NCBI GenBank assembly: GCA_963785305.1 | Contig: CAWAUV010000008.1 | Span: 1,344,001-1,408,000, forward strand | Direction: 5' to 3' | Length of the DNA stretch: 64,000 bases | DNA from: an uncultured Planctomycetaceae bacterium | GTDB taxonomy: Bacteria > Planctomycetota > Planctomycetia > Pirellulales > PALSA-1355 | In this document: in pieces, positions 18,652 to 29,596 of the stretch | Position numbering within the stretch: position 1 is the stretch's first letter | How the letters are laid out: every line of letters starts with the position of its first letter | Position numbers and translations under genes: made by a program | The notes under the pieces: model-generated | Seen by the model: only the letters and a program-made list of their open reading frames with translations | Databases searched by the model: none | Told to the model about the DNA's origin: nothing

Positions 18652-20566
18652 TTAGCCCTGGGCGGCCTTTTGCTTGGCTTCGAGTTCTTGCCAGCGGTGG
18701 TAAAGAGCGTCGACCTGTTTTTGCGCTGCTTCAAGTTGTTCGCAGGCGGCTCGCAGCCGCACATGGTCCTCGGCCACGGCCGGGTCGACCACCAGCCGCT
18801 CCGATTCGGCCACGATCGCCTCGGCCGCGTGAATCTTGTCTTCGATTCCGTTCAGCTCGCGTTGTTCGTGGCTGGGCAGTTTTTTCGATTTGCCACGATT
18901 CTTGGTCCCATCGGCCGCCGTAGCGCCGACCGACGCGCCCGGCGATCCGCCCGAAGCCGAAGCGCGCGAAGGCTCGTCGTTGCGCGCCGCCCCGCCCCGC
19001 CGCGAATCGGGCGCGGCCGATTCTTTCGGCGGCTTCGCGGGCCGTGCTTTCCGGCCCTGGGCCGCTTCCCATTGGGCCAGATCGGCATAGACTCGCGACT
19101 GGCCTTCGCCATCGAGCCACAGGATCACGTTCGACACCCGATCGAGCAGATAGCGATCGTGGGTAATCAAGACCAACGCGCCCGGAAACTCCATCAGACT
19201 TTCTTCGAGCACTTCGAGCGATGGGATATCGAGATCGTTGGTCGGCTCGTCGAGCAGCAGCACATCGGCGGGCTGAATCATCAGCCGGGCAATCAGAATC
19301 CGCGCCTTCTCGCCGCCCGAAAGAAACTTGAGCGGTGTGTCGAGTTGTTCGGGCTGGAACAGGAATCGCTTGGCCCAGGCCACGACATGCACCTTGCGAT
19401 CTTGATACATCACATGGTCTTCGTTGTGCGTCAGGGCGGCGCGAAGCGTTTGCTCCTCGTCGAGCTGCTGGCGATGTTGATCGAACAGCACCACGCGCAA
19501 GTCGCGCACTCGACGGATCGAGCCCGCGGGCGGCGGCAATTCGCCGGCAAGCAGCTTGAGCAGGGTGGTCTTGCCGCTGCCGTTGGCGCCCAAGAGGCCG
19601 AGCCTGACGCCCGGCGAGAGCGTGAATTCGAGATCGCGAAACAGCATTCGCTCGCCGTAGCCCATGCCGAGCCCTTCGGCATCGATGAGGTCGTGCGTCT
19701 CGCGGCCGGTATTGCTGAACCCGATCTCGACCGCGCGGCCCGCCGCGTTGCGATCGCGCACCTCGGCCAGATTATCGAGCAGCTTGCCGGCTCGCTGAAT
19801 GCGGCCGACCGACTTGTGGGTACGGGCCTTGGGGCCTTGTCGCAGCCATTCGATCTCGCGACGAGCCTGGTTGGCGAGCGTTTCTTGCCGCCGCTGCTGG
19901 CCAGCCAAAAAGTCCTCGCGGGCCACGAGAAAGTCGCTATATCGCCCCCGGGTGGCGAAGTAGCCTTTCGGATAGCAGCGGTTCAATTCGATCACGCGAT
20001 TCGTCACGCGCTCGAGAAAATACCGGTCGTGGCTCACCAAGAGAAAGGCAAACGGCGCCGCGCCGAGGAACTTTTCGAGCCACACGATGCCTTCCAGATC
20101 GAGATGGTTCGTCGGCTCGTCGAGCAACATCACATCGGGCCGGAGGGCAAGCTGCTGGGCGATCGCCAGCCGCTTGCGCCAGCCGCCCGAAAGCTCGCGC
20201 ACCGGCTGCTCGCGATCCGTAAAGCCCACGCGGCTGAGCGCGATCGCGGCTTGCGTCTGGCGCTCGACCGCGTCGAGCGCCGTGGCGGCGAGGCCGGCGG
20301 CCATCACTTGATCGATGGTCGCGTCGGGGGCGAAGTCATCTTCTTGCGGCACAAGCGCGAGCCGGGCGCTGCTTGCGCACGAACACGCTCCCCGCGTCGG
20401 GCGTCTCACGGCCGGCCAGAATCTTGAGCAGCGTCGACTTGCCCGAGCCGTTGGGCCCGATCAGGCCCACTCGGTCGCCATCGGCGAGTTCGAACGCGAT
20501 CTCGGAAAACAAGGGCCGCGAGCCAAACGACTTGCTCAGCGACTGACAATTCAACACCAAAGCCAT
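18652..20566 (-). CDS. ABC-F family ATP-binding protein, Uup-like (frameshift ~20370)
   Basis: Two ABC domains ([36 protein letters not shown]) and a C-terminal coiled coil ending LYHRWQELE. Confidence 0.88.
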
Positions 20567-20605
20567 GCGCCGTGAACCGCTTTCGGAAACGTTCGTGTCG
20601 ACTCG

Positions 20606-21613
20606 TTACTTGCCCGCCCCGGCGGCGTTTGTTGGCCCGGCGCCGGCGGCGCTTCCGGCGCCTCCGCTGCTTGTCGCGCTTTCCGCCGAGCCGGCCGGGC
20701 TGGCCGACTTCGGATAATCTCGCCACAGCCAACGCAGCGCGTCGGGCAAGATCGCTCCGCCATGCTTGCCGTTGTGAGCGCCTTCGCCAAAGACGAATTC
20801 ATGGTCGTAGTGGGCAAACTTGAGCGCCGCGGCCATTTCCTGATTCGCCAGCGGCCAGTTGCCGTGCTCGTTGTCCAGGTCGCCCGAGCCGTCTTGCAAG
20901 AACACCCGAATCGGCTTGGGCGGAGTCTTGCGGATCAGGGCCGGATACACATGACCGCCGCGAATGTTGGTGAAACTGCCCACATGGCTGAGCACTTTGC
21001 TAAATGCGTCGGGCCGTTGCCAGGCGACGGTCCAGGCACAAATGCCGCCGGAGCTGATTCCGCAAATCGCGCAGCCCAGCCGATCTTGCGTCAGGTTATG
21101 GCTCTTGCCCACCTCGGGCAGAATCTCCTCGAGCAAGAAGCGGGCATATTGATCGCTGAGCGTGTCGTATTCGAAGCTGCGATTGTTGCTTTTCCACGGA
21201 CCTTCCTTGGGCTGCTCGCCCTTGTGGCCCGGATCGATGAAGATGCCGATCGTCACCGGCATTTCGCCCTTGTGAATCAGATTGTCGAACACGATCGGCG
21301 CCCGGAAGTCGCCCTTCGGGTTGGAATAGGCGTGTCCGTCTTGAAACACCATGACGGCCGCGGGCCGGGCGGCATCGTACTGCGCCGGCACATAGACCTG
21401 ATACTTACGAGTGGTTTCCGGGAATATCTGACTTTGCCACACATGCTCCGTGATCTTCCCCACCGGCACACCCTCATGTCGCTGACTATCCTCGGGAACC
21501 GGATAACTTTCGGCGGCTCGAGCGCTCGCCACGACCAGGGCGGCGAGACCGAAGGCCAAGCATGAAACTCGGAACGTTAAATGTCGTGGGATTGCGAAGC
21601 TCGATGCAGTCAT
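20606..21613 (-). CDS. Exported alpha/beta-hydrolase esterase (enterochelin esterase-like)
   Basis: VMVFQDG, NRSFEYD, GISSGG nucleophile elbow, GAHNGKHG; signal peptide. Confidence 0.85.
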   Translation of the reverse strand: MTASSFAIPRHLTFRVSCLAFGLAALVVASARAAESYPVPEDSQRHEGVPVGKITEHVWQSQIFPETTRKYQVYVPAQYDAARPAAVMVFQDGHAYSNPKGDFRAPIVFDNLIHKGEMPVTIGIFIDPGHKGEQPKEGPWKSNNRSFEYDTLSDQYARFLLEEILPEVGKSHNLTQDRLGCAICGISSGGICAWTVAWQRPDAFSKVLSHVGSFTNIRGGHVYPALIRKTPPKPIRVFLQDGSGDLDNEHGNWPLANQEMAAALKFAHYDHEFVFGEGAHNGKHGGAILPDALRWLWRDYPKSASPAGSAESATSSGGAGSAAGAGPTNAAGAGK

Positions 21614-21682
21614 GGGTCGCCTCGAAGTCGATTCGGTGGTGAGTGGCCGCGAGGCCAGGGGTGGAGATCGCGTCGTGGGGGT

Positions 21683-23077
21683 TCATGGGGCGGGTCGCGG
21701 GCCGCGCTCGCCGGGAGCGGGCGCCGAGAGTCGGGCATCCAGACATTTCAACTCGCCGGCGGCGCTTCGGCAATAGATAAAACCGCGCGAAAGCGTCGGC
21801 ATCGTCCAGCAACGTCCTTCGAGCGCCTGGCAATGCGCTCGCTCGTGAAAGTCGTCGGGCGAGGCGTCCACCGTGAGCAGCTGGCCTTCGTCGCCGAGCA
21901 CCAGCAGCCGGTCGTCGGAAAGGAGCAATGTGCCCGTCCCCAATCCGCGATGCTTCCACCGCACTTCGCCGGTGGCGAGCTCCATGCACTCCAGGCTCAC
22001 GAGGCGCCGGTTGTGGCTATTGCCATCGAACCCATAGAGAAAACCATCTCGCAGCACGCACGAGGCCATGTGGTTGCGCATATGCTTGTTTTCGTAGATC
22101 TTGTCGAGCATGTTGTCGCGCAGCTCCAAGAGGACGCAGCCGCGATCGTAGCCGGTGGAAATGAAGATCCGGTCGCCGTCGAGGATCGGAGTGCAGGCGC
22201 TCGTGGCGTAGTCGGTTTTCCAAGGAAACTGGGCGACCTCGCCGCCGTCGGCCACGCGGGCCACGAGCAGCACGTCGTTGTTGAGCACCACCACGAGCTG
22301 TTCTTTTCCATGGCGCCAAACCACCGGACTGCCGTAGCCGGGCCGATACATCGCCGTCTTCCAAGCAAGTTCGCCGGTGCGCTTGTTAAACGCGGCGAGG
22401 CAACCGGCGTCGACAATCACAAGTTCATCGACCACGAGCGGCGAACACGAAAAACCCCACTCGGGCATTTTGACGTCGAACAATTTATGGAACTCGGCCG
22501 TCCAGATCGGGGCGCCGGTCGCGCGATCGAGGCACAAGAAGCGGCCGTCCTTGCTCACGGTGTAGACCCGATCGCCGTCGAGCGTGGGCGTGGCGGCGGG
22601 GCCGCCTTCGTGCAAATTATCGACCAGCGGCGCGGCGTAGGTGTGCTGCCAGATGACTCTGCCATCGGCGGCATCAAGGCGCCACACGCTGTCGAGCTCA
22701 CCTTCGTGGCCCATCGTGTAGCAACTGTCGGCGTCGGTCGAGACGCTACTGAACCCGATGCCCACGGCCGCCGACCACACGACCGGCAGCCCATCGGCCG
22801 GCCAATCGTCGCGGCGCCAATCCGTTTCCTTGGAAACGCCATCGCGGTTGGGCCCGCGCCACTGCGGCCAATCGCAACACGGCCTCGTCGCGGGGCTCGC
22901 GGGCGGCGCTTCGCCGGGCGAGGCGTTCGCGGCGTTCGCGGACGAAGAATCGCCGGTCAGCGCAGTCGAATTCGGCGAGTCGCAGCCGCCGCACGGCATG
23001 GCCCACGCGATAAGACAGGCAAGCGCCCAGCCGTGGCGCCGAACCTTTTGGATCATCGCGTTCACGATCTGGTTCAT
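21683..23077 (-). CDS. PQQ-binding-like beta-propeller repeat (lipo)protein
   Basis: DWPQWRGPNRDG, GPAATP, WGFSCSPLV, CWTMPT motifs; GGC lipobox-like segment. Confidence 0.88.
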   Translation of the reverse strand: MNQIVNAMIQKVRRHGWALACLIAWAMPCGGCDSPNSTALTGDSSSANAANASPGEAPPASPATRPCCDWPQWRGPNRDGVSKETDWRRDDWPADGLPVVWSAAVGIGFSSVSTDADSCYTMGHEGELDSVWRLDAADGRVIWQHTYAAPLVDNLHEGGPAATPTLDGDRVYTVSKDGRFLCLDRATGAPIWTAEFHKLFDVKMPEWGFSCSPLVVDELVIVDAGCLAAFNKRTGELAWKTAMYRPGYGSPVVWRHGKEQLVVVLNNDVLLVARVADGGEVAQFPWKTDYATSACTPILDGDRIFISTGYDRGCVLLELRDNMLDKIYENKHMRNHMASCVLRDGFLYGFDGNSHNRRLVSLECMELATGEVRWKHRGLGTGTLLLSDDRLLVLGDEGQLLTVDASPDDFHERAHCQALEGRCWTMPTLSRGFIYCRSAAGELKCLDARLSAPAPGERGPRPAP

Positions 23078-23267
23078 GCAATTCCGCTTTTTAAGAAACT
23101 TCCGTGGCGATCGGCGCGAGATTATGCTTACGAATGTCCTTGGGCCCAACAATCGCGAGCGGGAGCTTCCAGTCACGACCCGAAACGAAAGCGAGGGCCG
23201 GGAAGTTATTTGATTTCGCTTCTTCGCCCCGCGCTTCGCCCTCCGCCCCTCGATCCCATGCTGTTTT

Positions 23268-24062
23268 ATGACAAATCTCTCGTCGCGACGCAAAGGTTCG
23301 ATTGCAATCCGACAGGTTCGCGAGCCGCGGGCGGCGCTCGGCGGGCGGATTGTCCTTGGGATCGCGGCGATCGTATTCGGGGCGCGGTCTTACGCGGCCG
23401 AGGAACAAACCGCTCCGCTTCGCCAATCGGATTCCGCCATGATTCTTACTGAATATCTCGCTGCCCGCGCCGGCGAGTTCGATCGGATCGCGCCGGAGCG
23501 CAAGGCGGTGCTCACTCGCGCCGCGATGTTCGTGCGCGAGAAGACGAGAGCCCGCCAGCCAGCCCAACTGTTGTTTATTTGCACGCACAATTCCCGTCGC
23601 AGCCATCTCGCCCAAATCTGGGCCACGCTCGCGGCCGAGCGCTACCATGTCTCGAATGTCGCCTGTTTCTCCGGCGGCACGGAAGCCACGGCGTTCAACC
23701 CGCGGGCCGTGGCGGCATTGCGACGCGCCGGTGTCCGTGTCGAGCAAGCTTCGTCGGAGCCGCCACAATCTGGCAATCCCGAGTATCTCGCCCACCTCGC
23801 CACCGAGGCCAAGCCGCTGCGCTGCTTCTCGAAGGTGTATAACGACCCGGCGAATCCGCGCTCCGACTACTGCGCGATCATGACCTGCGCCGAAGCCGAC
23901 AAAAACTGCCCCGCAATTCCCGCGGCGGCCCTTCGCCTTTCGCTCCCTTATCGCGACCCCAAAGCCTCCGATGGCCAACCCGACGAAGCAGCCGCATATG
24001 ACAGTGCCTGCGCCGAAATCAGTCGCGAGATGTTCTACCTATTCTCCCAATGTAACTGTTAA
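23268..24062 (+). CDS. Low-molecular-weight protein-tyrosine phosphatase / ArsC-like protein, C-terminus abutting the IS
   Basis: FICTHNSRRS P-loop, SGGTEATAFN, MTC..ADKNCP, YRDPK; last codons come from the IS end; start uncertain. Confidence 0.85.
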   Translation: MTNLSSRRKGSIAIRQVREPRAALGGRIVLGIAAIVFGARSYAAEEQTAPLRQSDSAMILTEYLAARAGEFDRIAPERKAVLTRAAMFVREKTRARQPAQLLFICTHNSRRSHLAQIWATLAAERYHVSNVACFSGGTEATAFNPRAVAALRRAGVRVEQASSEPPQSGNPEYLAHLATEAKPLRCFSKVYNDPANPRSDYCAIMTCAEADKNCPAIPAAALRLSLPYRDPKASDGQPDEAAAYDSACAEISREMFYLFSQCNC

Positions 24063-25606
24063 GCATTTCCTCTTTCCCGAAATTGGGTTTTCGGTCACAT
24101 TGATTGGATCATGGATGATCGAGATCGACGGATCGCCGAGTTGGAAGCGGAAATCGCCCGGTTGCTGGCGGAGAATATCACGCTGCGCAAGCGCGTCGAG
24201 CAACTCGAACAGCAAGTCCAAAAGTTTCTTCAGCGGCGCAAGAAAACCCGCTCGGCCGCCGATGCGCGGCGTGGCGAACAGGATCGCCGCCGCAAGCAGT
24301 TTCGCAAACATCCGGGCAGCTTTCGTCCAGAGCCGCCGCCCGGCCCATCGCATATCGAAATACATAGTATTCATCGAACACGATGTGCATCCGCGAGAGT
24401 GTCCGCATTGCGGCGGCCACGATCTGACCGCCACGGCGAGTTCGAAGACCATGAGATGGCGGAGATTCCAGAGCCCAAGCTCGAATGGCATCGGTATCGC
24501 CGTCATACCTACCGTTGCGAACATTGCCAAGCCACCTGCCAAGGACGCGGCGACTTGGAACTGCCCGGCGCCCACATCGGGCCACGCGCGCGCTTGTTGG
24601 TCTGCTACGCGCGGGTTCACCTGGGCATCTCGCTCGGCAAAACGCAACACTTGCTGAAAGACTTCTTTGGTCTTTCGGCCAGCCGGGCCGGATTGCTCGG
24701 CCATTTGCGTTGGGGCGGCGCTTTGTTCGAGCCGGTGGTCGACAAACTCTGGGAACTCTTGCGCAATTCGCCGGTCGTGCAAGGCGACGAAACCGGTTGG
24801 CGGATCGACGGACTGCCCGCGTGGGCCTGGTGTTTTCGAGACCCGCGCTTGGCATTGTTCCTGATCGATCGCCATCGCAATCGGGCCGTGCTCGAGCGAG
24901 CGTTGGGCACATCGTTCGCGGGCACGCTGGTCAGCGATTTTTATGCGGTCTACAACGGGCTCGACTGCCGCAAACAGCGCTGCTTGGTCCATTTGCTTCG
25001 CGAGTTGCACAAGCTGCGCGAGACGTTGCCGGCGGCGAGCGCGCGGGCCTTCATCCAGCCGTTGATCACGCTGTTTCAAGACGCGATCCGGTTGGGCCAC
25101 GAGCGCAAGTCGCTCGGCAAAAAAGCTTTCAACGCGGCCCGACACGAGATTCAAAACCGTTTCGACACGTTGATGCTCGAGACGCGCGTGCGGCATCGCG
25201 AATGTTTGCGAATCTGGCGGCGGCTGTTCAAGCACTCGGACGAATTGTTCACCTTTCTCGACGATGCGAATGTTCCGGCCGACAACAACGGAACCGAACG
25301 CGACATCCGAAGCCTGGCGGCGGCGAGGAATGATGGCGGCACGCATCGGACCGAATGGAGCGCGGCGGCGTTCGCCCGAATCAAGAGCGTGATCGCGACC
25401 GGCGCGAAAAACAGTTTGAGTTTTGCAAAGTATGGCATCGAAGTCGTGCGCGCTAAATTGCAAGGCAAGACCCTGCCGCTGCCGATCACCAATAGCAGTT
25501 AAACCATCCGCCACGCGACCCATCCCCGGAAATTCCTCGCCCGCGATCCCCGCCAATATCGCCACCGCCCCCCCGCGCCCAGGCCACGCCACGGCTTAAC
25601 AGTTAC
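24052..25606 (+). mobile_element. IS66-family insertion sequence, single-ORF (ISBst12-like)
   Basis: 13-bp perfect TIRs GTAACTGTTAAGC / GCTTAACAGTTAC; 1555 bp; TnpC only. Confidence 0.9.
24111..25502 (+). CDS. IS66 family transposase (TnpC)
   Basis: Leucine zipper, QGDETGW, LVSDFY, QRCLVHLLRE, DNNGTERDIR; the CPHC zinc knuckle lies in another frame (24370-24430). Confidence 0.9.
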   Translation: MDDRDRRIAELEAEIARLLAENITLRKRVEQLEQQVQKFLQRRKKTRSAADARRGEQDRRRKQFRKHPGSFRPEPPPGPSHIEIHSIHRTRCASARVSALRRPRSDRHGEFEDHEMAEIPEPKLEWHRYRRHTYRCEHCQATCQGRGDLELPGAHIGPRARLLVCYARVHLGISLGKTQHLLKDFFGLSASRAGLLGHLRWGGALFEPVVDKLWELLRNSPVVQGDETGWRIDGLPAWAWCFRDPRLALFLIDRHRNRAVLERALGTSFAGTLVSDFYAVYNGLDCRKQRCLVHLLRELHKLRETLPAASARAFIQPLITLFQDAIRLGHERKSLGKKAFNAARHEIQNRFDTLMLETRVRHRECLRIWRRLFKHSDELFTFLDDANVPADNNGTERDIRSLAAARNDGGTHRTEWSAAAFARIKSVIATGAKNSLSFAKYGIEVVRAKLQGKTLPLPITNSS

Positions 25607-25696
25607 CAAATAAGCGACTGTCCACGCGCCGCCGAGCCGCGAGACGGCCCCGCGCCTTGGCCGCGCGGTTGGAGATTTGCCGGACCTGACAGCGCA

Positions 25697-26494
25697 CTAA
25701 TACCGCACGACATCCTTTTGGACGCCGTCGGGCCAAAGCGCTTTGTGAACCTGTTGCGCACGTTCGGTCATGTATCGCAGTTCGCTGCCCACGGCGATGA
25801 ATTGCATGCCCTGCTTGGCGCGGGCGTGGGCCGCTTCGGGTTCCATGACATGCATGCCCGTGGGAGTTCCGGCCTGCTTGCCGATGTCGATGATTCGCTG
25901 GAGCGTGGCTTCGAACTCTTCATTCGTGGCCTCGGTTCCGTCGGGCTTGCGCATTTGAGCCCGCAGGTCGACCGGGCCGACAAAGATCGCGTCGACGCCC
26001 GGCAGGCGATAGATTTCATTGGCGTTGGCTACTCCGCGCGGGCTTTCGGTTTGCAGCACCACCAGGATTTCGTCGTTGGCCCTTTGGTAGTATTCGCCGG
26101 CGGTGCAGCCGAAATTCAGGGAGTGCATGCCGCCGCCCAGGCTGCGGTTGCCGGTGGGCGGATATTTAGCCGCGGCGATGGCGATCTTGGCCTCTTCGAC
26201 GGTATCCACCATCGGCACGACAATCCCCCAGGCGCCGGCGTCGAGCACGCGCTTGATATGGTCGTGGCTTCCCTTGGGCACTCGGGCCAGCGGCACGCCC
26301 CCGGCGTCGGCCACGGCGGCAAAGATCATCGCCGCTTGCGACCAGTCGATCGGCGAATGCTCCAGATCGAGCGTGAGCCAGTCGAATTCCAGGCGTGCTA
26401 GCACTCGGGTGGCAAACAAATCGCCGAGCGACAGCCAGCTCCCAAACGCGGGCTTGCCCTCGCGCAATAGGCGTTTGACCCGATTGGTTTTCAT
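25697..26494 (-). CDS. HpcH/HpaI aldolase family protein
   Basis: [38 protein letters not shown]. Confidence 0.9.
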   Translation of the reverse strand: MKTNRVKRLLREGKPAFGSWLSLGDLFATRVLARLEFDWLTLDLEHSPIDWSQAAMIFAAVADAGGVPLARVPKGSHDHIKRVLDAGAWGIVVPMVDTVEEAKIAIAAAKYPPTGNRSLGGGMHSLNFGCTAGEYYQRANDEILVVLQTESPRGVANANEIYRLPGVDAIFVGPVDLRAQMRKPDGTEATNEEFEATLQRIIDIGKQAGTPTGMHVMEPEAAHARAKQGMQFIAVGSELRYMTERAQQVHKALWPDGVQKDVVRY

Positions 26495-26811
26495 GCGGAC
26501 ACGTTCTCCCCTGCCGGTCTCTTGAGGCCGTGAATTCGAAAAGAGCCGTTAAAAACAGCCGGAAATAGCTGGATTCGCGGCTTGAGTGTAAGGCGCCTCG
26601 CCCCCGGGAGCAAACCTGGCAATTTTCTTTTCCGCGGCCGCGTGGCGCCCGGAGCGAAGTATCCCGAAATCGCGCGATGGATTATATTTCGGAAACCGCC
26701 CAGGCGCCCGGCGAGGCCCGGGGCGGCGGAATCAGAGCCCGCGCTTTTGCCCGAGCCCCTCGGGCCACGCCGCCGCGGTCGCTGGCTTTTTAACATTCGT
26801 AAAAGTTGAAC

Positions 26812-28611
26812 ATGACCAAAACCAAGCTCGCATCCAAAGACAAGGAGCGCCCCAATACGGCGGCCGACGCTCCGCCCAGCGACAAGGCCAGCAATCGCCG
26901 CGCAATGCGCGAAACGATCGAAAGCTTCGTCGTGGCGCTGGTGTGGGCGTTTTTGTTTCGCACCTTCGAGGCCGAGCCGTTCGTGATTCCCACCGGCTCG
27001 ATGGCGCCGACGCTCATGGGCCGCCACTTGGACGTGACCTGCCCCACCTGCAAATACAACTACCGCGCCGGAGCCCGCGAAGACTTCATCATTACCGAGA
27101 CCTATTGTCCGATGTGCCACGCTCCGGCCGATGTCGATCCGAGCCGGCCGGGCGGCAAGGCCAATCCGGTGTACAACGGCGACCGGGTGATCGTGAGCAA
27201 GTTCGCCTACGATTTTTCCGCGCCCAAGCGGTGGGATGTGTTCGTGTTCAAATATCCCGGCAACGCGAGCATGAACTATATCAAGCGGCTGGTCGGCTTG
27301 CCCAACGAGACATTGGGCATCCATCACGGTGATCTGTTTCTCCGCCCGACCGACGACGAACAGGCGCCGCCCGAGATCGCTCGCAAGCCGCCGGAAAAAG
27401 TGCTTGCCATGGCCCAGCCGGTCTATGACAACGACTATGTAGTCGATGCGATGACCCAGGCCGGTTGGCCGCTCCGCTGGCAGAACTGGGCGCCGGAGCG
27501 CAAAGACCTGGCCTGGGCCTCGGACGATGGCGGACGATCGTTTGCAATCGTCGCGGCCGAGGGCGATGGCAAAGCCGCGGGAGGAGCGGCCTCGTCGGCC
27601 GCGGACGAAACCCTGTGGCTGCGATACCAGAACTTCGTGCCTTCGGCCCACGACTGGGACGCGATCGAGCACGGCGCGCTCAAAGATGGCCCGTCGCCCA
27701 GGCCGCAACTGATCACCGATTACTATGCCTACAACGACACGCGAATCGGCAACGGCGCGCCGCCGGGCGGCACGATTCCGTTTGGGGTGAACTGGGTGGC
27801 CGATCTCAAGCTCGACGTCGAACTCGAATTCAAGACGAGCGCCGGCGTGGTCGCGCTCGACCTCGTCTCGGGCGGAAAACATCTCGGTTGCGAAATAGAC
27901 GTGGCGACGGGCGAGGTCACGTTCAAGATCGAAGGTCGGCCCGATTTTCATCCGCATGCGAAAACCGCGCTTCGCGGCCCGGGCACGCATCGGGTGGCGT
28001 TCGCCAATTTCGATCGGCAGTTGACGCTGTTCGTCGACGGAAAGCCGGTGTCGTTCGATGGTCCCGCGACTTACGGATTCCTCGACAACGACTTGCCGAC
28101 CGAGGCCGATCTCGCGCCGGCCGGCATCGGCTCGCGTGGCGCGGGGGTCGCGGCGCGGCATTTGCGAATCGATCGCGATGTGTACTATATCGCCGACAAA
28201 TCCACGCCCGGCGAGGGCGAGGGCATGATTCAGGACTTTTCGCGAAACTCGGAATTGTTCGACCTGTTGATCGAAGCCGGATTTCGCGGCAGCCGCCGGC
28301 GAGAGGAATTCCTCTCCGACCCGCGGCAGTGGCAGCGCGGACCCGACGGCAAGAGCATTTTCGACGAACGGCGGGCAGTGACTTTCGAGCTGCGGGCCGA
28401 TCAGTTCTTTGCCCTGGGCGACAACAGCCCGATGAGCGCCGACAGTCGACTTTGGGATAAGTCGCCGCACTATGTCGAGCGATCGCTCTTGATCGGCAAG
28501 GCGGTGATCGTGTATTGGCCGCGGGCGGCGTATAGCTTGCCGTTGCCGTTTGGTCCGGTGGATAGTATTCCGCTGGTGCCGAACTTCGCGAGGATGCGAT
28601 TCGTGCGTTAG
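26812..28611 (+). CDS. lepB: Signal peptidase I, long planctomycete type with CxxC insertion
   Basis: IPTGSMAPTL, CPTC..CPMC, YIKRLVGLP, GDNSPMSADSR. Confidence 0.9.
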   Translation: MTKTKLASKDKERPNTAADAPPSDKASNRRAMRETIESFVVALVWAFLFRTFEAEPFVIPTGSMAPTLMGRHLDVTCPTCKYNYRAGAREDFIITETYCPMCHAPADVDPSRPGGKANPVYNGDRVIVSKFAYDFSAPKRWDVFVFKYPGNASMNYIKRLVGLPNETLGIHHGDLFLRPTDDEQAPPEIARKPPEKVLAMAQPVYDNDYVVDAMTQAGWPLRWQNWAPERKDLAWASDDGGRSFAIVAAEGDGKAAGGAASSAADETLWLRYQNFVPSAHDWDAIEHGALKDGPSPRPQLITDYYAYNDTRIGNGAPPGGTIPFGVNWVADLKLDVELEFKTSAGVVALDLVSGGKHLGCEIDVATGEVTFKIEGRPDFHPHAKTALRGPGTHRVAFANFDRQLTLFVDGKPVSFDGPATYGFLDNDLPTEADLAPAGIGSRGAGVAARHLRIDRDVYYIADKSTPGEGEGMIQDFSRNSELFDLLIEAGFRGSRRREEFLSDPRQWQRGPDGKSIFDERRAVTFELRADQFFALGDNSPMSADSRLWDKSPHYVERSLLIGKAVIVYWPRAAYSLPLPFGPVDSIPLVPNFARMRFVR

Positions 28612-28687
28612 CTTGCGAGCGCGGCGGAGCCGCGGCCGCGAAAAGGCGATGGCTCGCCGCCGGGAAGAATCAGGGAGGAATCTTGCG

Positions 28688-29437
28688 ATGGCCATGCTCG
28701 AAGTGTTCGGACTCGTGAAAACCTATGGCCGGCGACGGGTTGTCGATGGCGTCGATTTCTCGGTCGAAAAGGGAGAAATCGTCGGGCTCTTGGGGCCCAA
28801 TGGCGCCGGCAAGACCACCAGCTTCCGCATGACGTGCGGCATGATCGAGCCCGACTCGGGCCGGGTGATGCTCAACGGACTCGATGTGACACGCTGGCCC
28901 ATGTATCGCCGCTCGCGCGATGGCGGCATGGGCTACCTGGCCCAGGAATCGAGCGTGTTTCGCAAACTCTCGGTCGAGAACAATCTGCTCGGCGTGATGG
29001 AAATGCTGAACATGGATCGCAAGACCCGCCGCGCGCGCTGCGAGGAATTGCTCGGCCAGTTCGATATCGCGCGGCTCCGCAAGAGCCGGGCCATGTCGCT
29101 TTCGGGCGGCGAACGGCGGCGGCTCGAAATCGCCCGCTGCCTGGTTTCCAACCCCAAACTGATCCTGCTCGATGAGCCGTTCACGGGCATCGACCCGGTG
29201 ACGATCCACAGCATTCAGCAAATCATTCGCGACCTGAGCCGGCGGGGCATCGCGATCTTGATTACCGACCATCAGGTGCGCGAGACATTGCAAATCACGG
29301 ATCGCAGCTATGTGGTGCGGGGCGGCAAAGTGCTCTGCCACGGCACGCCCGAAGAAGTGCTTTCGAATGCCGAGGCTCGCCGGTATTACTTCGGCGAAGG
29401 CATGGACCTGGGCGGCTTGGGCCCGGCGGCGGCGTGA
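28688..29437 (+). CDS. lptB: LPS export ABC transporter ATP-binding protein
   Basis: GPNGAGKTTSF, YLAQESSVFRKL, LSGGERRRLEIAR, DEPFTGIDP, ITDHQVRETL. Confidence 0.92.
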   Translation: MAMLEVFGLVKTYGRRRVVDGVDFSVEKGEIVGLLGPNGAGKTTSFRMTCGMIEPDSGRVMLNGLDVTRWPMYRRSRDGGMGYLAQESSVFRKLSVENNLLGVMEMLNMDRKTRRARCEELLGQFDIARLRKSRAMSLSGGERRRLEIARCLVSNPKLILLDEPFTGIDPVTIHSIQQIIRDLSRRGIAILITDHQVRETLQITDRSYVVRGGKVLCHGTPEEVLSNAEARRYYFGEGMDLGGLGPAAA

Positions 29438-29438
29438 C

Positions 29439-29463
29439 AGCCTGTTGAATACTTCGACAGGCT
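29439..29463. repeat. 25-bp palindrome copy
   Basis: AGCCTGTTGAA-TAC-TTCGACAGGCT, 1 nt after the lptB stop. Confidence 0.7.
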
Positions 29464-29596
29464 GCCGAGCTGATCTTGTGCCGGGAGCGCTGATTTGATA
29501 GCTAGCAGCGCGGGATCGCGAGGCCACTAAAAGCTTTGTCGCGATTCGGTCGAATCCACTCCGCGCAGCCCCATGGAACTTGCGAGTCGCTCCTTC

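Noticed and set aside
11468..28695. Long antisense ORFs (e.g. 11468-13246, 18607-20427, 21581-23452, 26491-28695)
   Set aside because: Shadow ORFs opposite well-supported genes; expected in high-GC DNA
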